Assembly: GCA_964036045.1 (NCBI GenBank)
Contig: OZ038378.1
Location: 181,226,001-181,290,000 of the forward strand
DNA length: 64,000 bases
DNA from: Eutreptiella sp. 'Long Island Sound 2002'
Taxonomy: Eukaryota > Protista > Euglenida
Direction of reading: 5' to 3'
The notes beneath the pieces were generated by a model that saw nothing but the letters and a program-made list of their open reading frames with translations, did not search any database and was not told the DNA's origin. How positions within the stretch are numbered: the first letter of the stretch is position 1; each line of letters opens with the position of its first letter. Position numbers and translations under genes: made by a program. Shown here in pieces: positions 25,723 to 38,468 of this stretch.

Positions 25723-27120
25723 TAAGCAGGAACGCATCGTCCTAGGTGCTAGGGGGTCCGTAACTGAGCCGGATATCCTATCTGTCCTATCTGCCTCCTA
25801 TCTGCGAGGGATAAAGGGTAATATTGCGCTGGATCCCGGAGATCGCCCAAGCAACCTCACCTCACCTCAGGCCCCAGCACTGGCCCACTCTCCCCACAAA
25901 TGACCCACTCTGCCCAGCAGTGGCCCACTCCCCCAAGCAGCACCCCACAGTGGCACATACCCCCAACAGTGGCCCACTCTCCCCGGCAGTGGCAGAGCTG
26001 GGGTGTGGCTGCGCTTGGATTTGGACGCCCCCCCCCCCCCTTTTTCAACTCTTCCAAGGACGCCCTGCCCCTCCTCCTCAGAGTGTTTCGAGCAGCGATC
26101 CACCAGAGGTCTGCGCACAAGGGAGTGGCACAAATCCAGCGGACCGGAGGCAGACTGAGAGGCGCAGCGATGAGCGTCGAAAGGTGCTCTGGGACGTGGT
26201 AGGGGGGGCTGCAGCACAATGAGGCCGCGCAGTGCTGATAGTTGCATTGGGGGCTTCACCCCTGGTTTGCCACAAAGCCATCCTGCTGCGCATCGTGCAC
26301 CAGGGCGCTGACCATGGCTTTCATGTCCTGCTCTGCGGCCGCTGCGCGCTGGGCCCTCTGTTGGGCCGACTGCCGCCGCGCCTCATTCCTGCGTGCAACG
26401 GTCGCTTGCAGGTTGGCCGTCCACACCAAAGACTCATCACTGCCAAAGAACGCATGCAGTGCAAAGCCCATGGGAAGGGCCCGGGCACAGTACCCACACT
26501 GCACACGCCTGCACGCACTGCACACGCCCTCCGACCACACTGGCTCGCAAATCCTCTGCCTTGGGGGGCAGGGAAATTCGGCCATGGACATGGATCGTCA
26601 ACCATTGAGGTCCATGACGCAGAGCTCATACGATAGCTTGCCCAGGGCTGTCCTGAGTGCCAAAAAAAAAAGAAAAGGACCCGGCGCGCCTGGACTTCAA
26701 CCATGTTCCTGCCAGCCAGGAACTGCTTTCGGTTACCAGCCACTTGGCATTGATTCACCATCAACTTCCGCTGGCTTTTCCTCAAAAGAGCGCCTGCGGA
26801 ATCCCACTGCCCCCCGCAAGTATGCTGAGTATTGCATCCCTCATACAAGTCCCCCGCTTTTTACCGCACCACCTCCTTGTAAAAGCATAGAGCTCCTGCA
26901 TGGAACCCTCCCTTCTTTTCGGCCAAACCCCCCCTTTGCTTAACCCCCCACCCCACCGCAAAGAATTTTGTGGACAGTGTGGGCTACATTGTCCTTCTTG
27001 GTCTTTCCATGAGGAGGACGACGAATGACGCACAAAATCGAGGGAACAGAACATGAGGCCCAAAATGTGTTGAACAATACATATTTCCACAGATGCTTGG
27101 GCAGACTGCTAATTTATAAG

Positions 27121-27121
<1 letters not shown>

Positions 27122-27164
<43 letters not shown>

Positions 27165-27225
27165 CACCATGCATGCAACACACACAAACACACACACACG
27201 CACACAAGCACGTGCGCACACACAC
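27122..27225. repeat. Interrupted (CA)n microsatellite
   Basis: Direct reading. Confidence 0.9.
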
Positions 27226-28110
27226 CCAAATACATAAACTGAAAGCGGGCTAACTTGTTTGAGCATCCCAAGTGGTCAATTTGGGAAATGTGGGAGCTTG
27301 AATTTATTGCAGCCCCATTATTGACCCATGTTGCCCAGTTTAGCCTGAGTCGGGTGGGCTCCATCTGCTGGCGCGCGACGCCATATGCACCAATTTAGGG
27401 GGCCTAGTGCCTGTTTGGCCCATTCAGAGGGCGGAAAATTGGGGGCTCCCAGGTACATTTCGCACCCTCGGAGTTGAGTTCTGAGCCACATAGCCCAAGG
27501 TATGCCCCCATCTCATCAATCTTGCCTCATCTTGCCATAATGTGCATGTGTTGGGCTCTTTTGCGCCCTTTGTTCCCGTTTTTCCCTGTTCTTGGAAAAT
27601 TTGCGGATTTTACACATCACCGGGCAAATCAAATCAGTTGAAGAATATGACAGTGGCTTCCTGTCGTTCAGCGGCTGCCCCATGCCGTTGTTGGTGAGTT
27701 TTTGGTCCAAACTTGGGATTTAGGAAGGGTACATGTCCGCGCCCAAGACGGCCCGCACAGAGTAGAGCCCGAAGGATTAGATGTGAGTTCCTAGGGAACT
27801 GGTGAAGGGACACGGCTGTGGTTGTGGTTGGTTGCAGGAGAGGGATATTGTAATATCTGCACATGACGCCACACTGCCCTTCAGCAGGGGGGGGGGGGAA
27901 ATTGCGGTCTGGGGGGGTCGAATCCAATTGCGAAAAATTGCGGAAAAATTGCGGGAAAATTGCGGAAAATTGCGGAAAATTGCGGAAAAATTGCGGAAAA
28001 ATTGCGATGTCGTAAGCGGCCCTCCTGAACCCTCAAGGTGCAACAACTCTGGACAGGTGGCTCAGAATTCTCAGAATTTCACTGAAACAAATAGTCTATG
28101 GGCAGTACAA

Positions 28111-28400
28111 TTACAGGAGGCGCCCCTCAATATCACCGTGGAATTGCAGCATGAACCGAAGGCGGCGGATGTTGTCATCCAATTTGTGCTGCCGCTTTGA
28201 AACTGTCCCACACTGTGAGAAAAAGCGTTCCACATCACCACCAGAAGTGGGCTGCGTAATCAAGAACAGCACCCTCTCTTGGAACGGTGAAGGGGCACGA
28301 GATTGCCACCATTCCTGCAAAGCAGTTGGCCCATTTATATCAACAACATTGCAACGGATGTATAGGCTCCATTGCTCTGCAATCTCTGGCACATCGGACA
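28111..28400 (-). pseudogene. hAT transposase C-terminal dimerisation domain remnant
   Basis: LQEWWQSRAPSPFQERVLFLITQPTSGGDVERFFSQCGTVSKRQHKLDD matches WW...P.S...ER.FS..G. Confidence 0.85.
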
Positions 28401-28487
28401 TGCACATGCAAACATGCAAACATGCAGGCATGAAAAAGACCAAAAAAGCGAAGGTAAAAAGACCAAAAAAGCGAAGGTAACCATATT

Positions 28488-28559
28488 GTGCCCAACTGAG
28501 CTTGAACCCAGGACCCTGGAACTACAGTGCAGCGGTACTACCAATTGAGCTATACCAGG
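28488..28559 (-). pseudogene. tRNA-Tyr(GTA)-like pseudogene / SINE head
   Basis: Minus strand reads cctggtatagctcaattggtagtaccgctgcactgtagttccagggtcctgggttcaagctcagttgggc. D-arm TAGCTCAATTGGTAG, anticodon loop CTGTAGT, 6-nt T-loop. Acceptor stem does not pair. Confidence 0.65.
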
Positions 28560-29779
28560 TTCTGGTCACTTTGCAACATTTGAGAGTGTATGGAATAGTA
28601 AAAAAAAAAAAAATTTCATTGTTCTGCACCAGCGTGGGGAGGCGGTCAGAAAATCGGGAAGTGTGAAAAATTGCGGAAAAATTGCGGAAAATTGCGGAAA
28701 ATTGCGAAAAATTGCGGAAAATTGCGAAATTGCGGAAAATTGCGAAAAATTGCGGACCTCAATTTCCCCCCCCCCCTGCCTTCAGACTTCCACAAAGCAT
28801 AAATGCATTTCAGAGGCATACCCGTTACCTTCAGCAAACAGCTCCGTCTCAAAACCCTCGATGAACGTTGGCAGCAAATCTTCTTCATATTCTGAGTCTC
28901 TGGCGCCTGCATCCATGCGTTCCTGCACATGACAATGCGCAATGTGGGCTCAGGCTCGGTTCTGTGCAAACCCCAGCATCCCTGGGGTAACGCTAATCCT
29001 GCGGCGCACCCTGTGGCGCAGCCTGCGCGCGCAATTTGGGTAATTATCATGGAACAGGGGAAAATGGTCCCTTTGTGAACCGAAGTTTTTATTGGGGAGT
29101 GGTTATCGCAACATTTTTATCCGTTTTGAGTATTATGCCGCGCCATTGTGCCAGTTTGACCTACTTCCTTCACCGAAAATTGAGGAAAATTTATGCGGTG
29201 CTAACCCCACGTTCCCTGGGGCACGCTTGATTACAGCCCCAAGGCAAGACCCCGAACCTGTTGGCCGCGGGCCCAACACACTGTGCATCAATCACGCCCC
29301 ATTGGTGAGGGTTGCCGATTGTTCAGCTTGAGGCTCAGTCGGGGTTGTGGGAACTGCAGGTTGTTGAGACATGCGTTAGTGAGAGTGCTCAACACCTATC
29401 TGGAGGTGTTGGTAAGGCACCTTCACTTGGGGCCAGACTTTCCGCAAGAAGCTCCTCCCCAGCATTTTGGTGACCTTCACCTGAGGTTGCTTCTTGATCT
29501 GAGGAAAAGCAAATGATGCGGGATGCCATTTGAATGCACATCCATGTGGAAGACGTGCAGGCGTTGGTTTCAGGGAAAGAAGGACAGCGACACAGCGACA
29601 GGCTGCCTGGAGAGCAGTGCGTATCCCTGCCATCGCGTGGGAGGCAGCGTGCAGCAGATCATGAGGACATCTAGTGTCACACTTTTGCTGAGTTCTTCCA
29701 AATTCTTCCAAATGCAAAAATGATTTCCAGGCAATTGTAGGACACTTGGCTGAAAGTCATGAAAGAAGTCAGACGGTTG

Positions 29780-31064
29780 AGCTCACCGGATTAAACCGTA
29801 CCTGGGGTTCGGCGTACCTATCGGCTCGGCGTACTTATCGGCTCGGCGTACTTTCGGCCGGCCGATCGGCCGGCCGAAAGTACGGTTTAATCCGTCACCC
29901 CCCCCTTGTTTTGGCCGAAAAAATGGCCGGAGGTACGGCCGTACCTTCAGCCGGCCGGCTCGGCCGGCCGAAAGTCCGGCCGTACCTTCGGCCGGCCGAG
30001 TCGGCCGGCCGAAGGTACGGTTTAATCCGTCACCCCCCCTTGTAGTAATACCCCCATATACTAACAACCCCCCCCCCCTGTATATTAATAACAAGACGCC
30101 TGCGGTGGCCACAGACCGCCTTTTGTGTGTTCCGCCTTGTGTGTGCACCGCCTTCTGTGTGTACCGCTTTGCCTGTGGCCCCTTTAATAACATGACTCCT
30201 GCGGTGGCCACAGACCGCCTTTTGTGTGTTCCGCCTTGTGTGTGCACCGCCTTGCCTGTGGCCCCTTTAACAACATGACTCCTGCGGTGGCCACAGACCG
30301 CCTTTTGTGTGTTCCGCCTTGTGTGTGCACCGCCTTCTGTGTGTACCGCTTTGCCTGTGGCCCCTTTAATAACATGACTCCTGCGGTGGCCACAGACCGC
30401 CTTTTGTGTGTTCCGCCTTGTGTGTGTACCGCCTTGCCTGTGGCCCCTTTAGTAACATGACTCCTGCGGTGGCCACAGACCGCCTTTTGTGTGTTCCGCC
30501 TTGTGTGTGCACCGCCTTCTGTGTGTACCGCTTTGCCTGTGGCCCCTTTAATAACATGACTCCTGCGGTTGCCACAGACCGCCTTTTGTGTGCACCGCCT
30601 TCTGTGTGTACCGCTTTGCCTGTGGCCCCTTTAATAACATGACTCCTGCGGTGGCCACAGACCGCCTTTTGTGTGTTCCGCCTTGTGTGTGCACCGCCTT
30701 CTGTGTGTACCGCTTTGCCTGTGGCCCCTTTAATAACATGACTCCTGCGGTGGCCACAGACCGCCTTTTGTGTGTTCCGCCTTGTGTGTGCACCGCCTTC
30801 TGTGTGTACCGCTTTGCCTGTGGCCCCTTTAATAACATGACTCCTGCGGTGGCCACAGACCGCCTTTTGTGTGTACCGCCTTGCCTGTGGCCCTAGTACA
30901 AGGGGGGGTGACGGATTAAACCGTACCTTCGGCCGGCCGATCGGCGGGCCGAAGGTACGGCCGGACTTTTGGCCGGCCGATCGGCCGGCCGAAAGTACGC
31001 CGAGCCGATAAGTACGCCGAGCCGATAGGTACGCCGAACCCAGGTACGGTTAAATCCGGCGGGC
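29780..31064. mobile_element. Foldback/Mutator-like element with long TIRs and 9-10 bp TSD
   Basis: ccggattaaaccgtacctgg(g)gttcggcgtacctatcggctcgg... at 29786 is mirrored at the right end (to 31059). CAGACGGTTG at 29770-29779 and 31065-31074. Confidence 0.8.
30085..30892. repeat. 99-bp minisatellite with deletion variants, ~9 units
   Basis: Unit taataacatgactcctgcggtggccacagaccgccttttgtgtgttccgccttgtgtgtgcaccgccttctgtgtgtaccgctttgcctgtggcccctt, appearing as a 33-aa repeat in the ORF track. Confidence 0.95.
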
Positions 31065-34000
31065 CAGACGGTTGGTCCATGGGCTGGGGCACAAAGACCT
31101 GTGACCCACACCCCCAAAACAGACCAGGATGCTTCGTACAGAATGAGAACAGGGCCACCTTTTGGAAACCGGCCATACAAGCTGCAGGGCAGATGCTGCA
31201 CCCCGGCGCTGCACAGGAGTGGCTTTCTGCTGACATACTGCAGGAGGGGGGCTCAATATGGCACTTTGCACGATGGGACAAACAGGCTGGCAGGGGTGGG
31301 CGAAAGAATCTACTTTTTTCGCGCAATCTGTGACGATAGGACGGCCCCGGCCTTAGGCCAGGCTTGGGTCATTATTTGGTGACAATGGGAACACATCCCA
31401 CAAACCCATGGGGGAGGAAAGCGTAGGTCGCGCTTTTTTTTTTTGCTGTAACGCTCGTACAAAAAAGAGCGTAAGTTGCGTACGCAGCCTACATCATTTT
31501 CACCCTTTTCCCCCGACTTACTCAAAACAAAAAAACTACGCAGCTTACAGCACAAAAAAAAATACGCAAATTATGCCAGACACCCCATGGGGAGTCATGT
31601 AGTATCAATCAGGCCCTTGTGATGGTATCCATGCGTCCCTTTAAAGGCAGTTTTAGCGCTATATCAGCCCATTTGTGTACGCACAAGCAAAAATCGACAC
31701 GCTTCTGGTATGTTGTTGGAACCAACTCTCTGCGACGAAGGCAATAGGGCTGCTGTCCAGTAGTGCAAAAGCCTCTTCGTCTCACTTCACACGAATATCG
31801 CTACAAATGTAATTTGACCATCCCAATCGAACCAGCATCTCGTTTTGTTCCGCTTGAGTGTGATGTTGTGCTGCCCTTGCGTGACTCAAACAGTTTCAGC
31901 AACAGCAGCTCACAACTCCTGCTGAACATTCCCCGATTTCACAAAAGATCAGTCTCGCAGGGATCGCGTGTGTGGTTCGGAGAACACACACGCAATCCCT
32001 GTGAAAGACCCTGTTTGATCTCTGTCTGATCCCTGTTTGGCGGTTGTCAGATGTGAGGGTTCCATTTTGTTATCACCCTACTCCGAAATTAAATTTACCA
32101 ACCAGAACAACATGTCACTTGTCACTTGTCACTTGTCACTTGTCTGATTTTCATAGACCTTTGACTGTTGCCTTTACCACAGGGTTTCGAGCTCTTTTAC
32201 TTTTTAACTGAAGGCTTTGATGTGCCCTTTCGGACCTCGGTGGTCCGAATTCCTGTCGCAGTGTGTTGCACCAATTTTGGGGATTGGCAGTTGGTTCATA
32301 GCAGCAGTTTGTCACCTTTGCAATTAGTGCCAGTCCTTTGCTTGGGTTTCGAAGGGGAAACGACTGCCTTGTTTCTCGAACTACAAGGCCAACGCATTCC
32401 ATGAGGCAATCCCCCTTCCCTTCCAACCCTGTGAACCACCCCACCTTGGCCCCTTGGGCACCCCCCCCGGCGCACATGCACTGCCAAATATCGCAAACAC
32501 CAAACAAATGCCGGGTCGGGAAAATTCAAGAGGCGTCGCAGCTGGAGCAGCCACATACTGTGGACCACAACGCATAATGCATGGTATATTTCCCCACATC
32601 TTCCATGCGATCCATCCCTGATTGGGCTTGCGGTTGCGGATTCTTCAGACCCCTGCACAGCACAGCCCAAACTCAGAGGTGTGTGCAAACAACAGGGCAG
32701 AACATGTTCAGTGAGTTCAGAGTTCAGTGAGGGCACCACACCGTGCATCTGCCACCCTGGTGGAAATGGAACTCAGATGCAAGGTGGCCTGGTGGAAGGA
32801 TGGTGTGGTGTAGTGTTGGTGGGGTGTGGTCTGGTATTGTGCAGTGCGGTGCGGTGTGGTGCGGTGCGGTGCGGTGTGGTGTGGTGGTGGCGGCCTGTGC
32901 ACGTCAGGGTGTCTGAGGGTGCCACCCTTGCCTGAGAGGGACCAAGAGGTTTGTCTATGACACACCTCATCAGGATGGCAACACTGATAGAAACCAACCT
33001 TAGCCACCAACGAGTAGGGGGACCTACACCTCCCTCATGAAGAGGCTTTCCCCATGCCAGCAACCTGCACTCCCAGAGCGGGGGCGCCAAGAAGCGCAGG
33101 CTAGACGAACCTACCTTGACCAGGAGAGGCCACAGTGGGGCCCAAAAGGAACAGCTCCAGGCTGGCCATAAGGCAGCCCCACCTAGGGGCCTGGCCCATG
33201 GTACTACAATGACCATCTTCACGTTGAACAGAAGACAGAGTGCTAGGGCGCTTATCCAGTGCTCAACATACAGAACACACCAGCAACCAGGTCAATGGCC
33301 ATGGGAAGATGAAAGACACAAAGATGGCAAGACACATGGCCACGAAGCAATAAAGCACACTCGTAGTCACAACTAGTGTCCTGGAACGTTCCGGAAAGTA
33401 GAGCAAAGTAAAATCGTGCAAACCGAGCCGTCTATCAGCGGTGGTGTTCGTGTTGCAGAGCTGATGTGTGACGTGAAGATTCGAGTGACGGCCTTCAATC
33501 AAGTGACGTGCGGGGGAACTAGTTCAACAGCCACTCTAACGTGGTGCTCATAGATGGCAAACGTGGAACCCTGTAATTCTGATCCAGTGACACCGCACCC
33601 TTGTTTGTGGCTAGGAAAGGAGGAGGAGCCATGGGCTTTGCACCCGCACAGGCCTGGAGCACATGTCCGGACATGGGCCATGGCCACCCCCATGTCTCCA
33701 CCTCAGTCTGATTTTGGCGTAGGGTACAGCCCAGCCGTGGCATTAGGTGAAGCTTGCCACGACGTCTCCAACTAGGGTCACAGCTCCTATCCAAGTCTGT
33801 AACCATCCCCCTTTGTGTACCTGTTGCCGTCTCTCCCTCACCTTGCACCTCTTCAAGGAAATCACAAGCAGGTATCAACTTCAACATTAACAACCACATA
33901 TCCGTTGACTGGGAGACAATGCGCCATCCAAAGTGATGCATTACTAGCCAGCCACAAGAGGGCAGCCCACCGGCTGAACGATCGCAAACCCCAACCAAAC

Positions 34001-34274
34001 CGGTCCCCATAGCACCAGCACACCCCATGGAGTGGACGCACAACTGCGGAACATAGGTAGGCGAAGACAACGAGGCACCAACAACAAAGTCCTGAAGGAA
34101 CACTCATCAACAAAGTATAAAGTTGCAAGGGGCATCATAGAAGTGACAAGGGCAAGAGGATGTGAAAAACAAAGACTGCTGAAACACCACACAAAATAGA
34201 TGCAGCCCCTTCGTAATGTGCCCCTACATAATGCAGGGGGCAAGGGCCGATTAAAGTCCTGGACGCTGTGCAAC

Positions 34275-37200
34275 GGGTTAGGCGAGGGGGTTATGGGTTA
34301 GGGGCGGGCTGCGCCGGCCCCCCCCCCACCCCCCACCCACCCCTGGTGCCGCAGCGCGACGGAAGGACTGGGCGCCCTAGGTAAGGTGTCTGCCCCCTCT
34401 GCCCTCCCATGGCCACATCGCAGGCTCCCCGAACACCCTGTGGGCGCCAGCGCGGCGCCCGAGCCCTGCAAAGCTCCCTCCCCATTGTCGTCGTCGCTGC
34501 CCCCCCCCCCGGGGGGGGAGGGGGCGCACTGGCCCCCTAGCCCAAACAGCTTGCGCTGGCGCGCACCTCCCGCCGCGGGCACCAGTCGAGGGTGCCCCTT
34601 GTGGTGCCTGGAGCAGCAATGCCGCATCCCCCGGTGCCCCCCCCCATGACTTGCACGCGGGGGCCCTGTGCGCGTCACACAAGATCTGCATGGGGCGTCG
34701 CTGCCCCACCCTCCTCGCTCCGGCCCGCTGCGCGGGCGGCGGCATGTGCGGCTGTGGGTCAATGCCGCCGGGCGCCTGTGGCGCTGCACCGTCCGGCGCC
34801 AGTGCGCCCGCACCCGCGTCGTGCGCCGGCTGCACCTCCGCGGCCTCCTGAAGGGCGAAAGTGGGGAGGGTAATGGGGGGGCGGAGGCTAGTGCCTCTCC
34901 CATCATGCCGCCTACCCCTCCTCCCCGCCCCTCTCCCGTGCAACGCAGTGGGGGGGGCGGGGGGGGGGGGAGCCTGGCGGCGCCCGGGACGCCGTCAGTG
35001 CGCGCAATATCGCGCAAAAAACGTCGCTCATGGGACGCGCCTCCTCGGGCTCCGCCGCCGAGGGCGGTGCTGCCCCGAGGGCGCTAGCGCCTGGGGAAAG
35101 GGGGGGGGGGGTGTAGCTGCCCTCCCCGCCCCATGAGTCCCGAGCCACTGAGGCTCTCCACCCGATCCGGTCGCCCCCCCCCCCCCCCTACTGGGGCGCC
35201 CGCTGGATCCTGTGGGGGGGGAGGGGCTGTATTGCCCACGCAGGGCAGAGTACTCTGCATCCGGCCGCGCCGTGCCGGTGGGCTAGGCGAGCGACAGTCC
35301 GGCCGCTAGCGGCGGCCCGCGCGCCGGTACCGGCGCCGCGCAGGGGCGCTTGGCTAGCAGCTCCGGTGGTGGTTCCAGGGGCGCCAGCCACGCCAGCAGG
35401 ACCCGCGAGGATGCCGCCGCCCCCGCCACTGCTGCTGGGTGGCCCGCGTGTCCCCACGCTCAACAGTGCGCCACTCCCCGCCGCACCAGCCTGCACTGCT
35501 CGCACTGCGGCTGCAGGTGGACGGGGCACAAGCGGCACGGCGCTGGCCTGACGTCCGCCGACGGTGGCGGGCGCGGCCGGGCCACACCCACTGCCCTCGG
35601 ACGCTGCGCACACACGATCTCGTACGGGCGCGCCGGGGCCCCTCCCCCAGGGCGGCGCGGCAAATACCCCGCAAGAAAATAGTCCTTGTGGCCGGCCCCT
35701 GGGGTCGACAACCGGTGCGTCCAGAGCTCCAGGCAGTGCTGCTGGACCTCCTGCATGTGCTGCCGCATGTCGGGCCGGCACGCGAACACCGGCCGCTCCG
35801 TGCACCCTAAGCTGTGAAAGCCCCCTAGGGGCACCAGAGAGGCGCACATCCACCGAAAGCATCCCTCCAGCAGGGTCCCGCCGGCGAGCAGGGGCTGCAG
35901 TAGGTCGGCCGCCTCCCGCAGCACTCGTGCCCGCTGCCGCAGCGACAGTACCTGTCGCGCATGCCGATGGCCCGGCGTGGCCGGTAGCGCCCGGTTGCTG
36001 TGGGACTCAAAGTGCACGGCTAGCTCGGTGTAGGTGACCTGGCCCGATCCCGGTACCCACTGCAGCGCTGAGGCCCAACGCACCAGGGCCTCCGCAAAGC
36101 CGCGCTCCCACGGCCATCCCGCCAGCGGGCCCTGCGGCAGCTGCAGGGGGTCTCGCGCTGGGGCAGGGAGCAGCGGTCCATCCGGCAGCTGCTCCCACCC
36201 GTATCCATGCCGCGAATCCGGGCCCCGACCCCGCGCTGGGCCAAACACCGTGGAGGCCACGTCTCCGCCCAACCTCGCCGCCTCCTCCGCCGCGCAGCGG
36301 GCCGACAGCACCGCGAGGTACATGCCGTACAGCCTGTACAGCAGCCGCCCCGCCTGGGCGTCTTCGCCTGCGCCCACCAGGGCAAGTGGCTGCAGGCCCG
36401 TGGCTTTCAGGCATACCGGCTAGGCCGCCGGTAGCGCCAGTGCCAGCAGTGCCCTGGCCTCCTGCAGCACCCATGGCATCCATGTCCGGCACGCCGACTC
36501 CCGGCGCGGGCAGTCCCACAGGATGTGCGGCGCCATCTCCGGCGCCCCGCGGCAGAAGGGGCACCCGTCCGACTACAGAATGGCGTGCTCCGCCGCCCTA
36601 CCTGCCGTCCACGTGGCCCCGGCTAGCAGCCCCCATAGAATGTTGCCCTCTTCCTCTGTGGGGGCTACCTGCAGGCCTTCCCGGCACGCCTGTCGGTGCA
36701 CGGCACCGCCCGGCCCAACAAAGGTGCCCGGCCGTCGCCGCTCCAACTCCCGGAACGCCCGATAGCGCTGGCTTTCGCGCATGCGGTGGCGCAAGTCCCC
36801 TTCATCTGCCTAGACCAAGTGCAGGGGGGTCGGCTGTCCCGGCACATCCCAGTGCCCCCAGCCTTCGCGTCGCTGCCAGCCCAGCTGGCCGGCGGCCTGC
36901 GAGGCCCTGCCCACGGGCCCCATGGAGGGCGGCGGGTCGCGACACTCGAGCACCGCCTGCACCAAGGTCTGCATGGTGCCCGGCGTGCATGCCTGGCGGG
37001 CGAGCGAGAGCAGGCGCTGGTATTGTACACCACAGGGGCAACACATGGAAGCCCCTGGCCAGCACGCCCCAGAGGACTTCCTTGGCCCGCGAGCACCGCA
37101 TGCGGCCCCAGATCGCCTTGGCCGCCGCCGTGTCCGCCGCCGACAGGGTGCGCCCCTCGATGTCCGCCAGCTCCACTCCATACAGCGCCACAGAGTTGGC

Positions 37201-38395
37201 CAGGGCGCCCAACGCCGCTTGCCGCATGTGGAATGTGGGTAGACACCCCACCCAGCGCATGATGGCCAGACCCTTGTCCAGGCAGCCGCGCAGGACCGGG
37301 CCCGTGCCTTTCTCCGCAGCTAGGCGCAGCCCCACGCCCAGCTGCTTAAACTCTCGCGAGAGCGGAATGGCCACCCCGCCCAACGTGAGCGGCGCCACCC
37401 CGCCTGGAGGCTCCCGCAGGAGCCACGAGGTGGACTTGGCTGCATTGCCCGACTGCCCCGTGTCAGCCATCCACACCTCCGTGCAGTCCGTTACCGCCTG
37501 GGCCTCCGCCATAGGTGCCGCCGCTGGGGCCGGGGTGATGGCCTGCGTGTCGTCCGCATACCTTGTGGGGCACACGGCCGCCATCCCTGCGCCCTGGGGT
37601 TCCAGCGCCGACGGCATCCCCGGCAAGGGCGGCCCGACGTTGCGCGGTGGCAGCCGGCGGGTGGCGACCACCACATGCTTGCACATGTCATCAATCTCCA
37701 TCTTCCAGATGGAGGTTAGGAGATTGATGAGGACCACGCTGAGGGGGCATCCCTGCAGGATGCCGTTGGTGGCCCGCCACCACTCCCCCAGTCTGCTCGC
37801 CAACCGGAAGGCGCGCCGCAGCTGCCGGTACATGGCGGCGAGGGCCCGCAGCGTGCCCCTGTCCATGCCCAGCTCCGGGCCACCCGCAGCACCACGGCCT
37901 GCGGGATTATGTCAAAACACTTGACATAATCCAGTTTCAGGCCGGCCAAGTTCCACCCCTTGAGCCGCGCCAGCTCTAGGAGGACGGCTGTGACCCCTGC
38001 CCCGTCGATGGCCCCCCGGCAGGGGCGGAAGCCGTGGGCCTCGGGGTGGGCCCACGCCTCCTGCCAGAGCAGGACATCCCACAGCCGAGTCCCTGCCCAC
38101 AGCCGGTAGACCATGGACACGACCGTCAGCGGGCGGGTGCCCAGGGGGGCCTCCTCCCTAGGGTTCGGGATGAGGGATGTGTATCCCTCCGCGAGGACCC
38201 CGGCCACTTGCCCTCGTCCTCCACCAGCTGCAGCAGCTGGGCCAGCCAGTCCAGTGCGTGGTCCGGCAGCGATCGTAGGTCCTGCTGCTCCAGCCATTCA
38301 GCCCCATGGAGGATGGCGACATGGCCCGCAGGCGCTTGCGTAGGAGCCCCCCTATCATCTGGGAGGCCAGCATGGGGACCTTCCGCAGGTGGTCT
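34275..38395 (-). mobile_element. GC-rich non-LTR retrotransposon, 3' part (RT, CCHC knuckle, C-terminal domain), pseudogenised
   Basis: SMGLNGW, RPLTVVSMVYRLW, HGFRPCRG, LKLDYVKCFD, GILQGCPLS, RYADD, FKQLGV, then CPFC-x8-H-x4-C (CPFCRGAPEMAPHILWDC, ~36510-36565). Several frameshifts and TAG stops. 3' limit approximate. Confidence 0.9.
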
Positions 38396-38468
38396 AATGC
38401 GTTTTCAGGGAATGGCTAAGTTAAGTAGAAATAGCGCTTAGGCCTACGCGTAGACACACAGGATCCAC

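Larger units (their letters stand above)
27885..28778 (-). mobile_element. Internally deleted hAT transposon, 26-bp TIR, 7-bp TSD CCTTCAG
   Basis: Left CAG(G)nAAATTGCGGTC and right reverse complement CAG(G)nAAATTGAGGTC. CCTTCAG at 27878-27884 and 28779-28785. Subterminal (AAAATTGCGG)n arrays at both ends. Contains the hAT dimerisation domain. Confidence 0.9.

Noticed and set aside
26256-26591. Minus-strand helical ORF (ARRNEARRQSAQQRAQRAAAAEQDMKAM)
   Set aside because: Protein-like, but no recognisable family or supported splice sites
30184-30896. 33-aa repeat ORFs
   Set aside because: Minisatellite translation, broken by deletion variants, non-coding context
36386-37924. 512-aa plus-strand ORF
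   Set aside because: Antisense shadow of the GC-rich RT on the minus strand
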